From the NCBI GenBank assembly GCA_051294905.1, contig CM119371.1, positions 22,694,001 to 22,758,000 on the forward strand: a DNA stretch of 64,000 nucleotides. The letters run 5' to 3'. Position 1 is the stretch's first letter. Every line of letters starts with the position of its first letter. The notes under the pieces are model-generated. The model searched no databases, was not told where the DNA came from, and saw only the letters and a list, made by a program, of their open reading frames with translations. This document shows, piece by piece, positions 26,531 to 40,317 of this stretch. The DNA comes from Botryllus schlosseri. Taxonomy: Eukaryota. The translations under genes and the position numbers were made by a program.

Positions 26531-27444
26531 GTTTACTTTGAAGTCTGTTTAGTGTTTACTCCCGTTCCGCGATTGCGCAGTACGTGCGTCGTATGCGCAA
26601 TCCAGATTCAAAATAATGCCAACGTAGATAAGTATGCCGTAACAAATGTAGTTACGAATCACTGTGCGGATGCATGCTGGCGTCTATCGATCAGCGAAAT
26701 TGAAATTGACATTGTCTCACTAATTTGAGACAAGAAGCATTATATTATACTGTTACCAGGTAGATGGTTTCTAACCTGTATAATACTTCACTAGCAGAAA
26801 ATCGTACTTCGAAGCAACAATATGAACAAACCAGGGCGCGCTTATAACATTAGCTATGTTAGGATGGTGAATTCAGTGGCGTGATTTTAAAGTAGCTCCT
26901 CTTCTGCTGGGTCAAGGTTCTATTCAGATATCGGTGATTACTTCATGAATGTAATCGATTGCGATTACGATTACTTCGGAATCACGCGATTACGATTACG
27001 ATTACAGCAAAATCAGGAAGTAGTCGATTACGATTACGATAACATTGGAAAAGCAATCTCGATTACTCACGATTACATTTATTTTGCTTCTTAGAACTGA
27101 TCTTAGAAGATCTATTGGAAGAAAATATAAGGATTCCGATGAAAAGGCCTAATGAGATAACAACTTTCTTTGAGAATGATGCGTCATTTTCTTGTTACGT
27201 CATAATGTACCCATTGCCCAACCTTATAGGGAACGATTTATCCCACCCAACGATTTGCATTCATGCCAGGTCCGTAACTGCCACACCCAAACTCCCCAAT
27301 AGGGTGGTACATCAGCTCTGTGGTTGACCTATGTTAATTACGTTTCAGTTGTACAGGAGATTCTTCGAGCAGAGAATTCGAGTGGAGAACAAGCGACAGG
27401 TTACTACACATTTCTGCGTCAAAAAGCGTGCTGAACCTATTTGC

Positions 27445-28425
27445 TAGGGATGGTGTGAACGTGAGGTTCACGTTCGTGTTCTGTGTGTGAACCTCGGAAA
27501 TTTAGAGGTTCGCGTTCACAACAGAACCTTGGTAGGTTCTGCACTGTGAACCTTTTTGGTAAATTGTAATTTGCACTTAATTATAGGATCTTTGGTTCAA
27601 GTTTATTGCATTTCAACTGTGGGTCACTCTATGCATGGCGCTGGCAGCATAAAAATCAACACTGAACGAGCATGCAGCATGACAACCTTAAAAGTTTTAC
27701 TTGCATTTCTGTTACCAAAAATTTCTCGAAATATCCAGCTTTCCGTTTGTGAATATTTAGTGACTCTCTGCTGTGAGCTTGACCCGCAATCACACAACAT
27801 CACGAGCGATATACGTAGTCAGCGAATGATGCTTATTCAACCAATCAATGACATTGATATCGTTTTCTGATGTAAAAAATCGAGCGGGCGTATGGGGTCA
27901 ATCTCGACTTCATATCTTTACTGTATCATTAAAATCAAATCCGTGCGATTAAGGTGCTGGCTACTGCTATATAACTTGTTGTTTATGGTATCGGTAGCGA
28001 GTATAGAAACCCGTTTTACACTCTGCTCAATATCAATGTAGCAATACTCAGATTCCGAACACATTGTCCGGTCTGGCTAAGACCATTAAGGCGTAAGCTT
28101 ATATTTCCTGGTAAGTCCTCGTCGAAATTGTTGGCAAAACGACGAAATGTATTGATTTTATGAGATTATTATATCCTTTGATAACCGCGGTTGATACATT
28201 CAGCGACGTTTAAAACGCCAATTTGTACTTCAGCAATGCGACATTATGTGGCCCGAGTCTTCGCTAGGTATCGTGTACAATAATATAGGCTATCACTTCA
28301 TTGAAAGATAGGGTTGGAATTAGCAATATGACGTCACGAGGTTCACGTTCGTGTTCACACAGAACCTTTCAAAAAGGTTCGCGTTCACACGAACCCGAAC
28401 CTTTCAGAGGTTCACACCATCCCTA
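27445..28425. mobile_element. hAT-type element with gaacc/ggttc subterminal repeats
   Basis: TIRs tagggatggtgtgaac / gttcacaccatcccta; imperfect TSD ctatttgc/gtatttgc. Confidence 0.85.
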
Positions 28426-31103
28426 CAGTATTTGCTGTCACAGTGCACCAAGATGTACCGGTACCTGTAATATACATCTGTGACTCCTTGACCCAGCTCG
28501 ATGAAAAGTAACTGCTTACCCAGTTTCCAACCAATGCGTAGGTTAAAATAAACCAGGCAATACATAATATTTCCACATATAGACATGCAATCGCTGTTAC
28601 TTTCGGTATTGGTACTGCCGCCACCGTTTTGTTTCTGTTGATGCCAAGTACCGGTCCGGGTGCTGCTTACAGCAGAATGCGTTGTTGCAGTTGAGCTTCA
28701 AGATTTAAAATGGCCTCAAATTATTCTAATTTCAATAAAGAAACGATTACAGATGCTGAGCACGCAATACGGGGATAAACTGGAGTGGTGACATAGAGAC
28801 CACGATCAGTAACTGCTTAGACCTCGCTCGCAACTCGCGCCTAAGTTGAAATCTCATGTGACCCGTGGGCCGAAAAGGTTGGCAACACCTGGGCTACATA
28901 GAAACCGTAAATTCTACAATACTCCCGTAACTTCCTCAATGTGACGACCTGTCGTTGCGATGTAACAACCCTAACTGCGACGCTAAACTGAAAATTACTG
29001 ACGTAAACACAGTATAATGGGTTACTGTTATGTTGAATCCGTTTGGCTAGAGTGGCTTGTTTGTGCTTCGAACTAATTGTAATGCAGACTTGCTATTTAT
29101 TATTTGTCGTTGCGAGCTATTATATAAGGGCCAAACAACCTGAAGCCATTTAATGAGCGATTAAAAGTTGTAAAATGGATTGTAATGAACTATTCGCTAG
29201 AGTGCGAACACAATGAAAGTTAGTATGTTTTCATTGTTGTCTTATCGGGGGACAATGTTACGACAAAATATGAAAAGACATGTCTTAAACGCCCTAAGCA
29301 ACAACTTTTCACAACCCTCAAAATCTTAAATTACTAATTTCCTCAATTCAAAGTATCACAAGAATAGCGGTACAGAGGTAAGATGACCTGACGAAATCTA
29401 CCAATCCAATATTCGCTCAAGCATATAGCAGTTATCAAATAAAATGACCGAATGCATTGAAATGAAGCGTTATGTTAAATGTGTTAAATGGATAGCTACA
29501 TGACAATGTTTTAGACGCGGGGCATAACTCGAATCAGCAGTACAATTTGGTTGCCATTCTTGCTCCATCGACTTCACGTGCCGAAGGTGTAGTATGAGTG
29601 GTTGAGTTGCAACGGCCAACATGTATAGAGCGGAAAAATACATTCATTTACTAAAGTAACTGATATCTATGTTCGTCGATACCTACATTCAATTATAGAT
29701 ATGCAGTAGCTGAAGAGTGCTAATGTGGTAAGAAACAAGTCACAAACTGAATCAGCTAACCTTTTAAATTTATATATTAGTCAATCGGACTCTAATGGGG
29801 TCAGCGCTGCACCAACCACGAGCCTTATCACGCGTCAACGTATCACAGATACGGTTGGCCAGAAGGTTGCGTGACACTGTGAGGTGGGGAGGAGAATTGA
29901 ACAATAGCAGAAATCAATAACGGAAATACACCACAGCCACGCGTCTTCTGCATTGCAAAACAAGCTTGGCCTAAATTGCAAATGTAAGTTCTGCTAACTA
30001 CCCAACAAGCCATGTCGATGCGTGCATATCACTGTTTGCAGTTGAGTTGAAAATCGAAGCTTTTACTGCTGTACCATACTTGGGATTACGACCACCTGTA
30101 CAACGCTATATTTTACGATGCATATCGTAATTTATCAAGTAAATAAATATAGCGCAGGGTTTCCGATTCTTGTCACGCACGACAATATTACTGAAACAAT
30201 ATCAACGTTTAAACGGATATCTATTACATAAAATGGTTATGACTACGTCCACCTTTACCACATTGAACTGCGCGGCTGTTGTCGTGCTGTATTTTCCCAA
30301 GTACTTCCATAGAGGACGGTTTCCTATTCTACCTCGGGATAGTGTCACGTATAACAATATTAATAAAACACTTCAACATTTAAACATATATCTATTAGAT
30401 AACACACATCAGAGTACATTCGTTCACTATACTATATGCTGCGCTTCTGCCAACGTACAGTAATTTCCCATACATTGCGACATATTAGTATCTGGATTCT
30501 CCACCTTGTCACCTGCGCACCGGTCAGGGCCTCACTGTGCTATTGCATTACGGGTTATCGTTGACTATATCAAGCGCTGAATGTTTGCATGTACACGCGG
30601 ATGTCTTCGCAATGGTATCAATTAAACTGCCAACGGTGATATGCAAGGCCGAAACAGCACTTCGTCACCGCACCGTTCAGTGCGGATGTTCAATAGCCTC
30701 GTCACATCCCGTAAATGAAAATCCAATAAGTTGACACTCTAATGATGGATTACTAATAATAACGAACGAAACTCGAAGAGTCTGCACTTATAGTTACATC
30801 TATTCAACAAAACGCATATAAGAGTGGCCAACGCCACACGCCGACCAAATCAATTGGATCCTATAGAATAATGATAAATCATAACGCATTGCACCGTGCC
30901 GATTTCCTGGCCGGCGTAACCACCTTCACCCATCTTTCTCCATATTATTGAAATTCATGCCGATATTAAATTGTCCAACCTCTAATTCCATTCCTTCGTT
31001 GCCTTTCTATCGACTCAATCAGTCTGTGCGGGAACGCGAATTGCCGTTCTGACCCGCGTCGCGGGTCAAAATAGATTCGACAAGCTGATTTGAAAGTCTA
31101 ACG

Positions 31104-33383
31104 CAGTGATTGCCAAGCGCGGCCCCCAGGTAGCCTTCTTGCGGCCCCCCAAAATATATTAAGAAATCGATTTATATAAAATTTTTATTTATAAAATACT
31201 ATTGCTTGGCTTGGCCTCTTTAGTTTTAATTATAGAATTGCAGGAAAGTTGTGAGTATAGACTGTTAACGTTACGTCACTGCTGTTTCAATGCAATGTGC
31301 CCTAACTTTCCAGTTGAACGAGCAGTAGCTATAGATATAAATAGGTATTGATAACTTTCAAAACCGGAGAAAAATCCTGAAAAAATGATAAATTTTTCCC
31401 ACTTCGTGGTCGCTTGACTAAAAATGAAAAAGAGGCTCAACTCCCGGAAAATACAGTTTTTCTTTCACATTAACAGGTCCAGTTCCCGAAATAGCCGCCG
31501 TAGCGTTCCTACAGTGCTGACTTAATGCATATCAGTCGAATTTGGCCCTATATGTAACCAAAATTCTCAAAAAAGAAGAGATTTGGGCGTCCTCCGAGGA
31601 CACTTTAAAAAAAATAAAAAAAGAGGACAAATCATCTTAAAAGAGGACGTATGGTAACCCTATGATAAGTAGATGTGCAACACGTGACTCACGGTTGAAT
31701 GCGCCGAGATGCATACTGCTTAGCCGGCTAAAAGCAGCATAATTGATAGTCCTATAGTCAGGGCTGTAACTGCCGCACCCCAAATCCCCCAATTGAGGGG
31801 GGCCGAGCTCGAAGGAGGCCCAAAATTATTTCGTGGATTAGCATAAATTATAGAGTATTTTTTGAAAATTTATGCAAGTTTTTCAAAAAATTTTCGCGAT
31901 TTCAATTCGCCACTTATCTTGATTATTGGGTACTCTTCCCCAAGAAAAAATACGCAAGATTTATAGAAATGGGCATATCAGCGTTGGCCATGACCGCACC
32001 ACAACGCACCAAGACATATAAAGTTTTAGGCCATGTAACATGTGACTCCAAGAAGTGTGTCAGAACGATCGGCAGCGATAAAGCCATTGGCCGTAAAGGC
32101 CGTCAGCTTTTATGCTGACCAAAAACTTCGTTGTATATACAAAATACATATAGCTTTAATTGTCCATATAAGCAACTAAATGACTGGTGCCGAATGTTCT
32201 TGTCTTGGCAATCTGAACCTCACAAGACAATTACCATACCGCAGGAAAGAACATTGTATGTCAGTTAAGAAATACCAATCTGAAATCGTGTGATCTTTCA
32301 GTTTAGTAGGTTTGGGCAATTCTACATTTTTTGATATAGCAGACAGGAGGTCACGAAATAACATCATGTAAAGAAGTCATACCTAGGGTCCGCCCTCCCG
32401 AAGATGTCTAATTTCACGGGGTCTGCAGTCTCAAAGACACCTCCCACTCAGCTCTACCGGTAAATCTGATTACGTGGGCGAGAGAGAGAGAGAGAGATGG
32501 TATTCTTTATCGCCTGCACCATCGAGATGCTTTGACAACGGAGATGCGATACGGCCTTTATAGTAAGGTCATCTAGTCTGCACCCCCGTTTTTTTCCCCT
32601 CCAAGCTATCAGTGATTGCCGAGCGCCTAGCAGGATAGCCGCGGATACCAGTTTTCAAGTGTTTGGTCTGACCCGGCCAGAACCCACGACCTACCGATCG
32701 AGAGGCCGGACGCACAACCATTACACTATCTCGCTCGGTGAAGTGGACAAAGAGGCAAAGAGGACAACCATGCAATTCCTGATCTTATTCACCGATTTTA
32801 TCATGAATTATCGAAATATTCGCACGTCGCGCTGTCTCACTAAACAGTACAACTTTAATTTCGTGGCAAAAGCGAACAACGTGATGCGGGGTTAGTTTAT
32901 CACCCTATGGGAGCCCGGGGTCCTGACGAAGTGCTTTTACGTTCCTGACAACGGGTACCCCCTGCCAACGTATACCCCCGGAGATGTTTAATTAGGCTAC
33001 TATTGAGGGGGCCTGTACCTTTTCAGACACACCTCACTCAGCTCTACCGGTAAATCAGATTACGTGAACAGAGACAGGATGAAAATTAATAGCAATAGCC
33101 TACATGCAATTCCCGATCATATTGACTGATTCAGTCATGAAAATAAAGAAGTTTCTCGCGCTTCGCGCGTTGAGGCGAGAAAAGCTGATTCACTCAACGG
33201 ACACCCAATGGAGCAGATAAGTAGCGGTAAACAGTGTACAGTTTTGAAATCTCGCCAGGGCTACTCCGAAATAGCCATGATGACTGTTTGGGTCCGCCTC
33301 ATAGCCGTAGTATTAGTGCGGCCCCGACCGTACTCTGAAATTCTAAATTTAGCCCTCACTCCGAAAAAGTTTGGAAACCACTG
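31104..33383. mobile_element. Composite hAT element with nested MITE pieces and a SINE
   Basis: cagtgattgccaa / ttggaaaccactg; perfect TSD gtctaacg. Confidence 0.85.
32479..32739 (-). mobile_element. tRNA-derived SINE, central region resembling the Meta-SINE domain
   Basis: A-box-like TAGTGTAATGG, partial B box, GGGTCAGACCAAACACTTGAAAACTGGTATCCGCGGCTATCCTGCTAGGCGCTCGGCA core and a (CT)n tail. The domain assignment is from recalled consensus, not a search. Confidence 0.7.
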
Positions 33384-35668
33384 GTCTAACGCATCAGTCC
33401 ACAATGCGGACGCTTGCATTGGAAGCGAAGCATGCCGAATATAAATTAAGTTATTAAGAATGACGTGTTTGATGTCGGCTCTTTTCGTCGAAGTGACATT
33501 TTCAAGTCAACGTAACCGTGAATCCGTTGCGCGAAAATGCGCGCATTTGGTTCCTTCGTCATCGAAAGTGGTGTAAATATGTTCATTGTTCATCTTGACC
33601 GCGATTATCTATATTTCAATCGCATTTACCCGAGATATACACCTGCGTATTTATACCAACATATTGTCTGACTACGTAACTGTCGAATGGGAGCAGAAAT
33701 GAGCTGTTGAAATATATTCCAATCGTATGTGGCTTCAATGGAGACGTCACAGTTATCGTCACAGTTTTCTGCGACCTCAAATGTCATATTTCCATAATAT
33801 TTCCACTCGCACTTCACTATAAATGCTTTCGAGTATATTTGTGAACCATAATTGCGACTCAAGTCATGGTGATAACGTCATGCGCCTGAACGAATTATCA
33901 TATTCGTGAATATGAGTTGCATTGTGTTACGTGTTATTGATACTTTGATACGACTTGTCATTTCGTCATTACAATTTTGAGCGCAAGACGGGTTTTCATT
34001 AAATGTTGACCGATCGACGAAGCGTATGCTTGATAATCGTCTCAAGAGTCTGTTTTAGCAGCTAATTTGAATTGACGTGCGAACTCTGTACGGTCATTTG
34101 CGCGAGTTTTCGAGCGAATCAATTCGGGGATGTGCAGCGTTATCCGTTCAAACAATCCCTGTGATGTACGTCCCACATACCCACTATCACAGTGACAATT
34201 GTATTCGTAGACGAGGTGACGTTACTTGCACTAAAGGCAGGAAGTACATACTTTCGAGAGTTCGGCATAAGAGGTTAATTTGAAAACGCGACATACGTAT
34301 TAACACTAAATTAATAACGGTGAACTGTCGATTTGATAAACCTTTCAAAGCTATTAGACACGTTCCCTAGCAAAGTGTAAAAATACCGGTCATTGTTCCG
34401 ATCGTTTTAAAACCCTTGAGATGGAGCATTTCAATGTATGCTATCGATAGCCATTTTGAGATACTATGTTGGATCTCATTCAGTCAATCCGAGAATAGGA
34501 AGTATTAAGGAACATCCTAACTCATGGTAAACTAGGATGAGGGAATAATGCATATGTTCTTCCGCCTCTTATTCCAGACCTGGCGAGACCACTTACTATC
34601 CTAATATTATATGCAACTGTCACTTGTCACTTATTCTTCGGGATACATGGTCCTCGCTGATTCACTACGTTGACATAATCCGCATAATTATACCGACGCT
34701 ACAGCAGCTCCACGCCGTATACCTGCGCAAACACCCTCTTACTAATCCGATGGATTTGTTCCTTTAAATTATGTCAACAGACAATTAAATACCCCCACTC
34801 GAACGTCCACGTCTGAATAAAGTTGGCCTAAGTGTTTTTGTAAATACTCCTATTGATTCAATTTCTTAATTATCCAGAAGATCCTCTTTGTTCGCCAAGC
34901 TCGAAGCTCGTAGGTACTTTATCCTCTGCATGATAAGTTGCGCAATCATTCTTATTCCGTAAATACATTTTATATAATCTAATTCCTGATAGCGATAAAT
35001 TACATGGTGGCATATCATAATAACATTTATTACCGTACGATTTCAGTTTTGTTGTAAGTAAAGAAAATAAATTTCAAGACTTGGTTATTTGTGACAGATT
35101 TTCATGATTCGACAATATTTTCAAAGTTAGCTGATCACTCTGTCTCGCCCCGCTATCCTCAAATACCTCCGATATAGAGCTACCATGCAAAATTCATTAT
35201 TGGTAACAAATACAATAAAGCAATTGCCTTCAACGATTCACTCAATTTATTTATTATTGCTACAGTTCAAAGCGCAACATGATAGCGATGCGATGCAAAG
35301 ATGGGTATGGGTAGGCTGCGAAAAGAATTGGTGAACGCAATAAAACACCCAATTAACTCTTCGAATAGAAATAGAAAATCTAAAATCAGGTAGCGCATAT
35401 CGAACCAGAGGTGAAGAACTATAGCCCAAAATGAAAGCCCAATTGAAATGAAAAGACGTGCGTCGATTGCTGGTGAAGAAGTCTATATATCACAAGGGAA
35501 TGCAATGCATGCGTCGTCTTGAATTTTATGCTTCTGGATTAGTCAGATGTATAAAACAGAGTGCCGGGACTAACTTACATTCATAGCGTCCCGGCACTTT
35601 CATGCGTCCATTATGATCTATGTGCCTATATATCAATTCATCCATATTGAATTAGTATACGTGTCAAC

Positions 35669-37073
35669 CAGAGTTGGATCAATTGTAATTTGTAATTGTA
35701 ATTGAATGTAAATAATTACATTGTTCAATGTAATTGTAATGTAATTGTAATTGAAGCATTTTTATTTTGTGTAATTGTAATTGTAATTGTAATTTGACAA
35801 AAATTTTGCTCAATTACAATTTTAATTACATTTAATTGCTATTGAGAGCTGACAAGCACAACATAAAATAATTGACTTATAATGCATTCTCTTTAAATGT
35901 CGACAAAGAATTTGATGGATCCATTCGCGGAAGCCCTTGACTGCGCCCTTGCAGGCGAAGTTTTTTATTTTTACCGCTATGCTGGCCTCGGCTGCCATTG
36001 TATACAATTATTAGATTACTAACCAACGGATGGATTCGCAACACGTGACTCACGATTGAATACGCCGAGAAGCGAACTGCTGCGCCGACTAAAACCAGCA
36101 GAATTGATAGTCCAATTGCTGGCGATCCAAGCGTCAAAATTTGATATGTATGGTCCTAATCGCACTGATTCCGCAATAAAAGTATATTTCCAGGCAATAG
36201 TACCATCCCAAAATAGTCGTGAAAGTCTGGGAATCGGCATTGTTCTGAACAATCGCTGGACGTAATTGGTCATTGTTGTGGTCATGCTGCTTCGGCGCTC
36301 TCACTTTTCAGAACAGTCGGCCTTGAACGGCTATTTTGGAGCAGTTACATTGCCCTGACGAGATTTTAATTTGTATTTTCGGAATTAGTGCATCAATAGC
36401 TTACGATAAAGACCAGATGCATCAAATTTGGACGCTTGGATCGCTAGCTCTAGGACTACAAAGTTTGCTGCTTTTAGCCGGCTCTGCAGTACGTTTGTCG
36501 GTGCATTCATCCGTGACTCACATCTTGCGCATCTATCCGTGGGTTAGCAATCTACAATACGATTTCAGATCACGATGCTGCATCGTTACTTCGTCTGGCT
36601 AACTAACCAGACCACTGGATATTATATAACGTCTTATCTGACAAAGCACGGTTTTGTTTTTACTCTCCATCCTAATTCCTACGTTCGTCGATAAAAATAT
36701 TAATATTTTTTTAATTATATACTATTTACGCAAATCCAACACGTGCATATATTATAATATTTTTTTCAACGACATACTGCATACTGGAATAGTTCGAAAA
36801 CGTTTTTTTTTATTAATTAACGGGTATTTGCGCATCATGAATGAAACATGAATACTTGAATTGTTGTTAATTACGACGCTACGGTTGTCAAGGAGCACGG
36901 TTGAATTTATGATTATTCAATTACATGTTCAACAGCAGCAATTGCAATTGTAATTGTAATGTAATTGAAGCATGCAAGGAGTAATTGTAATTGTAATGTA
37001 ATTGAAACATGCATGAAAGTAATTGTAATTGTAATTGTAATTGAACTGAAATATTGTAATTGATCCAACTCTG
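35669..37073. mobile_element. hAT-type element with (aattgt)n arms and an internal inverted-repeat element at ~36012-36554
   Basis: TIRs cagagttggatcaatt / aattgatccaactctg; perfect TSD gtgtcaac; empty site at ~24570. Confidence 0.92.
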
Positions 37074-38754
37074 GTGTCAACAGACATACAAGATACAAAG
37101 AGGCCTGATATTGATACAGATAAGCTTGATTTGGCATATATTGCCATATATGCTGAGATGCCATACACCAGAACTACCCCGGGATGTCAGGTGTTTCAAA
37201 TTGACAATCTGCTTCTGGGATGCGAACTGATGCCGTGTAGGAGCAAAATGTACAGGCGCTTCTACTTTCAGATTTTTACATATAGTTACGATGATCGAAT
37301 ATTACAATTATCTGCAACGTCTCCGGGTTTAGCGTTGTCCCTCGTCTGGATATAAGCCTCGTATGTATGGATCTGTGAATTGGCAATGTGATATAAAGTG
37401 ATGTATACTGCCGAATATGAACAGAGCTTTTATGTGGCTTGTGTATTAGTGGGGAGCCGCCTTAATTTATTTGACGGGTGTTGGGCTCCCATGCGTATGT
37501 TCAGCTATTTTCGTGAAAAAGAGGAAAATCAGGCTTTTACCGTTTAATACATCAATTGTATCTTGCGTGTCGCATTGTACATCGTGTATCTTATGGAGAT
37601 AAAATACTTACCACAATAATTAATTGATAGGCTTAAATTGGTCCAAAAAATAAAATGAACTGATTCGTTTATTTGGTGTAAATAAACAGCAAATTCGAGT
37701 ATTATATTTCGATCAATACATACAGTATACACACTGAAGTCATGACGCATTGGGAGCAAGAATCGTGGCATTGCGCCATGGGCGTTGCCCGGTGGTCTGA
37801 ATTACCAACACTTGACGTTTGCCGCAATCACGTCGATGTTGTTTGTGTTATGGAAGGAGTTGTTACTTAAACTGTGTCAAATCACAGGACATTGCTTCAT
37901 TGTGTGTTTAATATGCCATGACTTGTTTGATAGTTGATTTTGGTAACAGAGCAAACTATAGACTATAGTTTCAATGTTCTTACGCAACGTCTAAACCTTG
38001 AAACCGCAATGAGTCGTATCACAGCACCCGATACATGCAATTTGTCGCAGGGCACGTTCGCGCAAATGAGATTTTGTGAAGCCGTGATCAATACCCCATC
38101 AATAATCCAATGATATAAATACGATCGAAAAGAGATCGAAAACGATTCGTCAAAAAGTATTGAAATATACGTTTCGCGAATGTCGATGTTACATTTAGAG
38201 ACCACGTATGGTCGATTTGGCATCCTCTTATCCATCCATTATATCGCATTGTTTGTCAAGTATCAAATTGTAAATTGTGTTTTTGTTCAGATAACATAAC
38301 TACGCCGATAATCGATTGATTTTCTAACCGTAATCCGTCTAGAAAGCAAAATTTATTGATTCATAATTATACTACATGTCAACAAAACTGATGGTAGTGC
38401 TCCAATAATAAAAAATGTATGACCCTAATAAAGACCTACCATTTTAAATTAGGCCGTAGTGATTGGCTGACGGCACTATGGTTGTGGGTTTAAAAAGCTT
38501 CACCCCATTAGAAGGGGGAAACGGATTCGGAATCTGATTTGAACAAGAATTATATCGGGGCATCACGCGTTGATTGTGCAAGTATAAGTCACATTTGAAA
38601 TATAGACTTGAATTCGTTCGTCAGAAATTTTACAGGCGGTGGTGGACAAAGTTGTAAAAAATGTATACACAGTAGCGGCTTTTATATTTTGATCCAGAGC
38701 CTGTTTTCAGAAAATATCATAATATGAGGCTACGGCGCGCGGGTTCGTCGATCT

Positions 38755-40317
38755 CAGTGGTCGGAAACGTTTTTTGTCCGAAGAGCCATATTGGCCCAAT
38801 TTTTTCCATTTCAACTCCCAAAGAGCCATACACGTCTATCAATTGTTGCGTCACAATTGAAAATTTGGTGGTAACACTTATTCGAACTCACTATTTAGGA
38901 TTCGCTGGGTGCGTCCCATCTTCTCTGTAAAAACTCGTACTAATCATGCTGGTTTCCTTTTTTAAGCATGAGAAACTTGAGTTACGAGAACGTAGGTTCG
39001 CTGTGATGCTCTTTTTAAATGCGAGAACCCATGGTCACATGCTTAGGTGGAGCCAATGGTCACTACAGCAGTATATATGCCTATACCCATACCCACTCTA
39101 AGCTGTAATACATCAGTGACGTCGGGTCAGGGGTGGAAAGTGAGGCAGCAGTAGGCTACTTCAAGCTGTGGTCAGGTTGAGTGAACGAAAATTGTGAAAC
39201 CTTCAATTGCTATTGGTATTTTCTATCGATGTTCATGAATGACAAGATTTTGAATTTTTTTCCCAAAATCAAACAATTTTCATATATGTTATTCGGAAAT
39301 AAAGCGCGAAACGAGAGGTAAGGCAAAGACGGGCCAAGCCTAACCATTGATAGCATATTTCATCGTAAATAGCTTAGAATTTATTATAACTGATATTAAT
39401 CGAATCTAACTGTAGCACTGATCGGATTATCAATTCTCATATAGTATTCGGCGGTAACACATAAATTTGAGCTTCACGCCTACATTTGATCGCCGGTACT
39501 ACAGAGCTACTTACCAATCGAGAACGTGGATAGCTATGACATTGTTTGTGATTTTAGTGTGTGTATCGTCCAAGTTGATTAATTTCGCGCCGTAGATCAG
39601 AAGGATAATGTGTATTTGAAAACAGCGCTGTCATATGGACGTCGCCGTGTCTGCTATTCTCTATTGTCAATCAACGTATCGTACAATCCAAGATTTCAAG
39701 TCGGGTGAGGATTTTGAAAAGAGGGGGTCCGAGCCCCTAAACCGGAAGACGCCACTGTCTTAACCCCTCAAAGACATGTTTATAATGCCACGAGAATAAT
39801 TATTCTGGCCGTGAGGAAAATTTACTAACAAGTCACCACAATATTGACAAATTCAGTACAAAAAATAAATATTGGGCAAAGGACCAGACGTGTGGAACAG
39901 TATCCCGCCGGCCATCCGACAGTCGACGAGCATGTCCATGCACATTCAAGTCGAAATACAAGCAATTACTAATAAATAAATACAGTCCATCCTCAAGATT
40001 ACCGGACCACGACTGACCTATCGATCTCGCTTTCCATGACATGCCGCCCTATTCTTGTCGCTTTCTTTTTCTATACTGTCTTCTTTACTTTCATTCAGTG
40101 TGCATGCCTCCTCTTTACATCGCCTAGGCCAAGGTGGGTGTCTGATACCATAGACAAATCCAAGTCGCTTCGACATCTTCCCGTCTATCGCATTTTTTGT
40201 GGCGTATTGAACTGATAAAATTGACAATAAACCAATGATGATGATGATGATGAGGAGCCATATCTTATACCCAAAAGAGCCATATATGGCTCGCGAGCCA
40301 TAGGTTCCCGACCACTG
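38755..40317. mobile_element. hAT element with nested insertions
   Basis: cagtggtcggaaac / gttcccgaccactg; gagccata repeats; TSD gtcgatct/gtctatct. Confidence 0.85.
40010..40220 (-). mobile_element. Possible degenerate RTE-type LINE 3' fragment
   Basis: Track ORF peptide (..KRLGFVYGIRHPPWPRR..DSI..DKNRAA) loosely follows the RTE C-terminal pattern. Confidence 0.35.

Larger units (their letters stand above)
30670..38340 (+). pseudogene. Copy 3 of the triplicated decayed unit (split by insertions 31104-33383 and 35669-37073)
   Basis: Homology with copies 1 and 2 resumes exactly across both insertions (gtctaacg and gtgtcaac TSDs). Confidence 0.55.
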
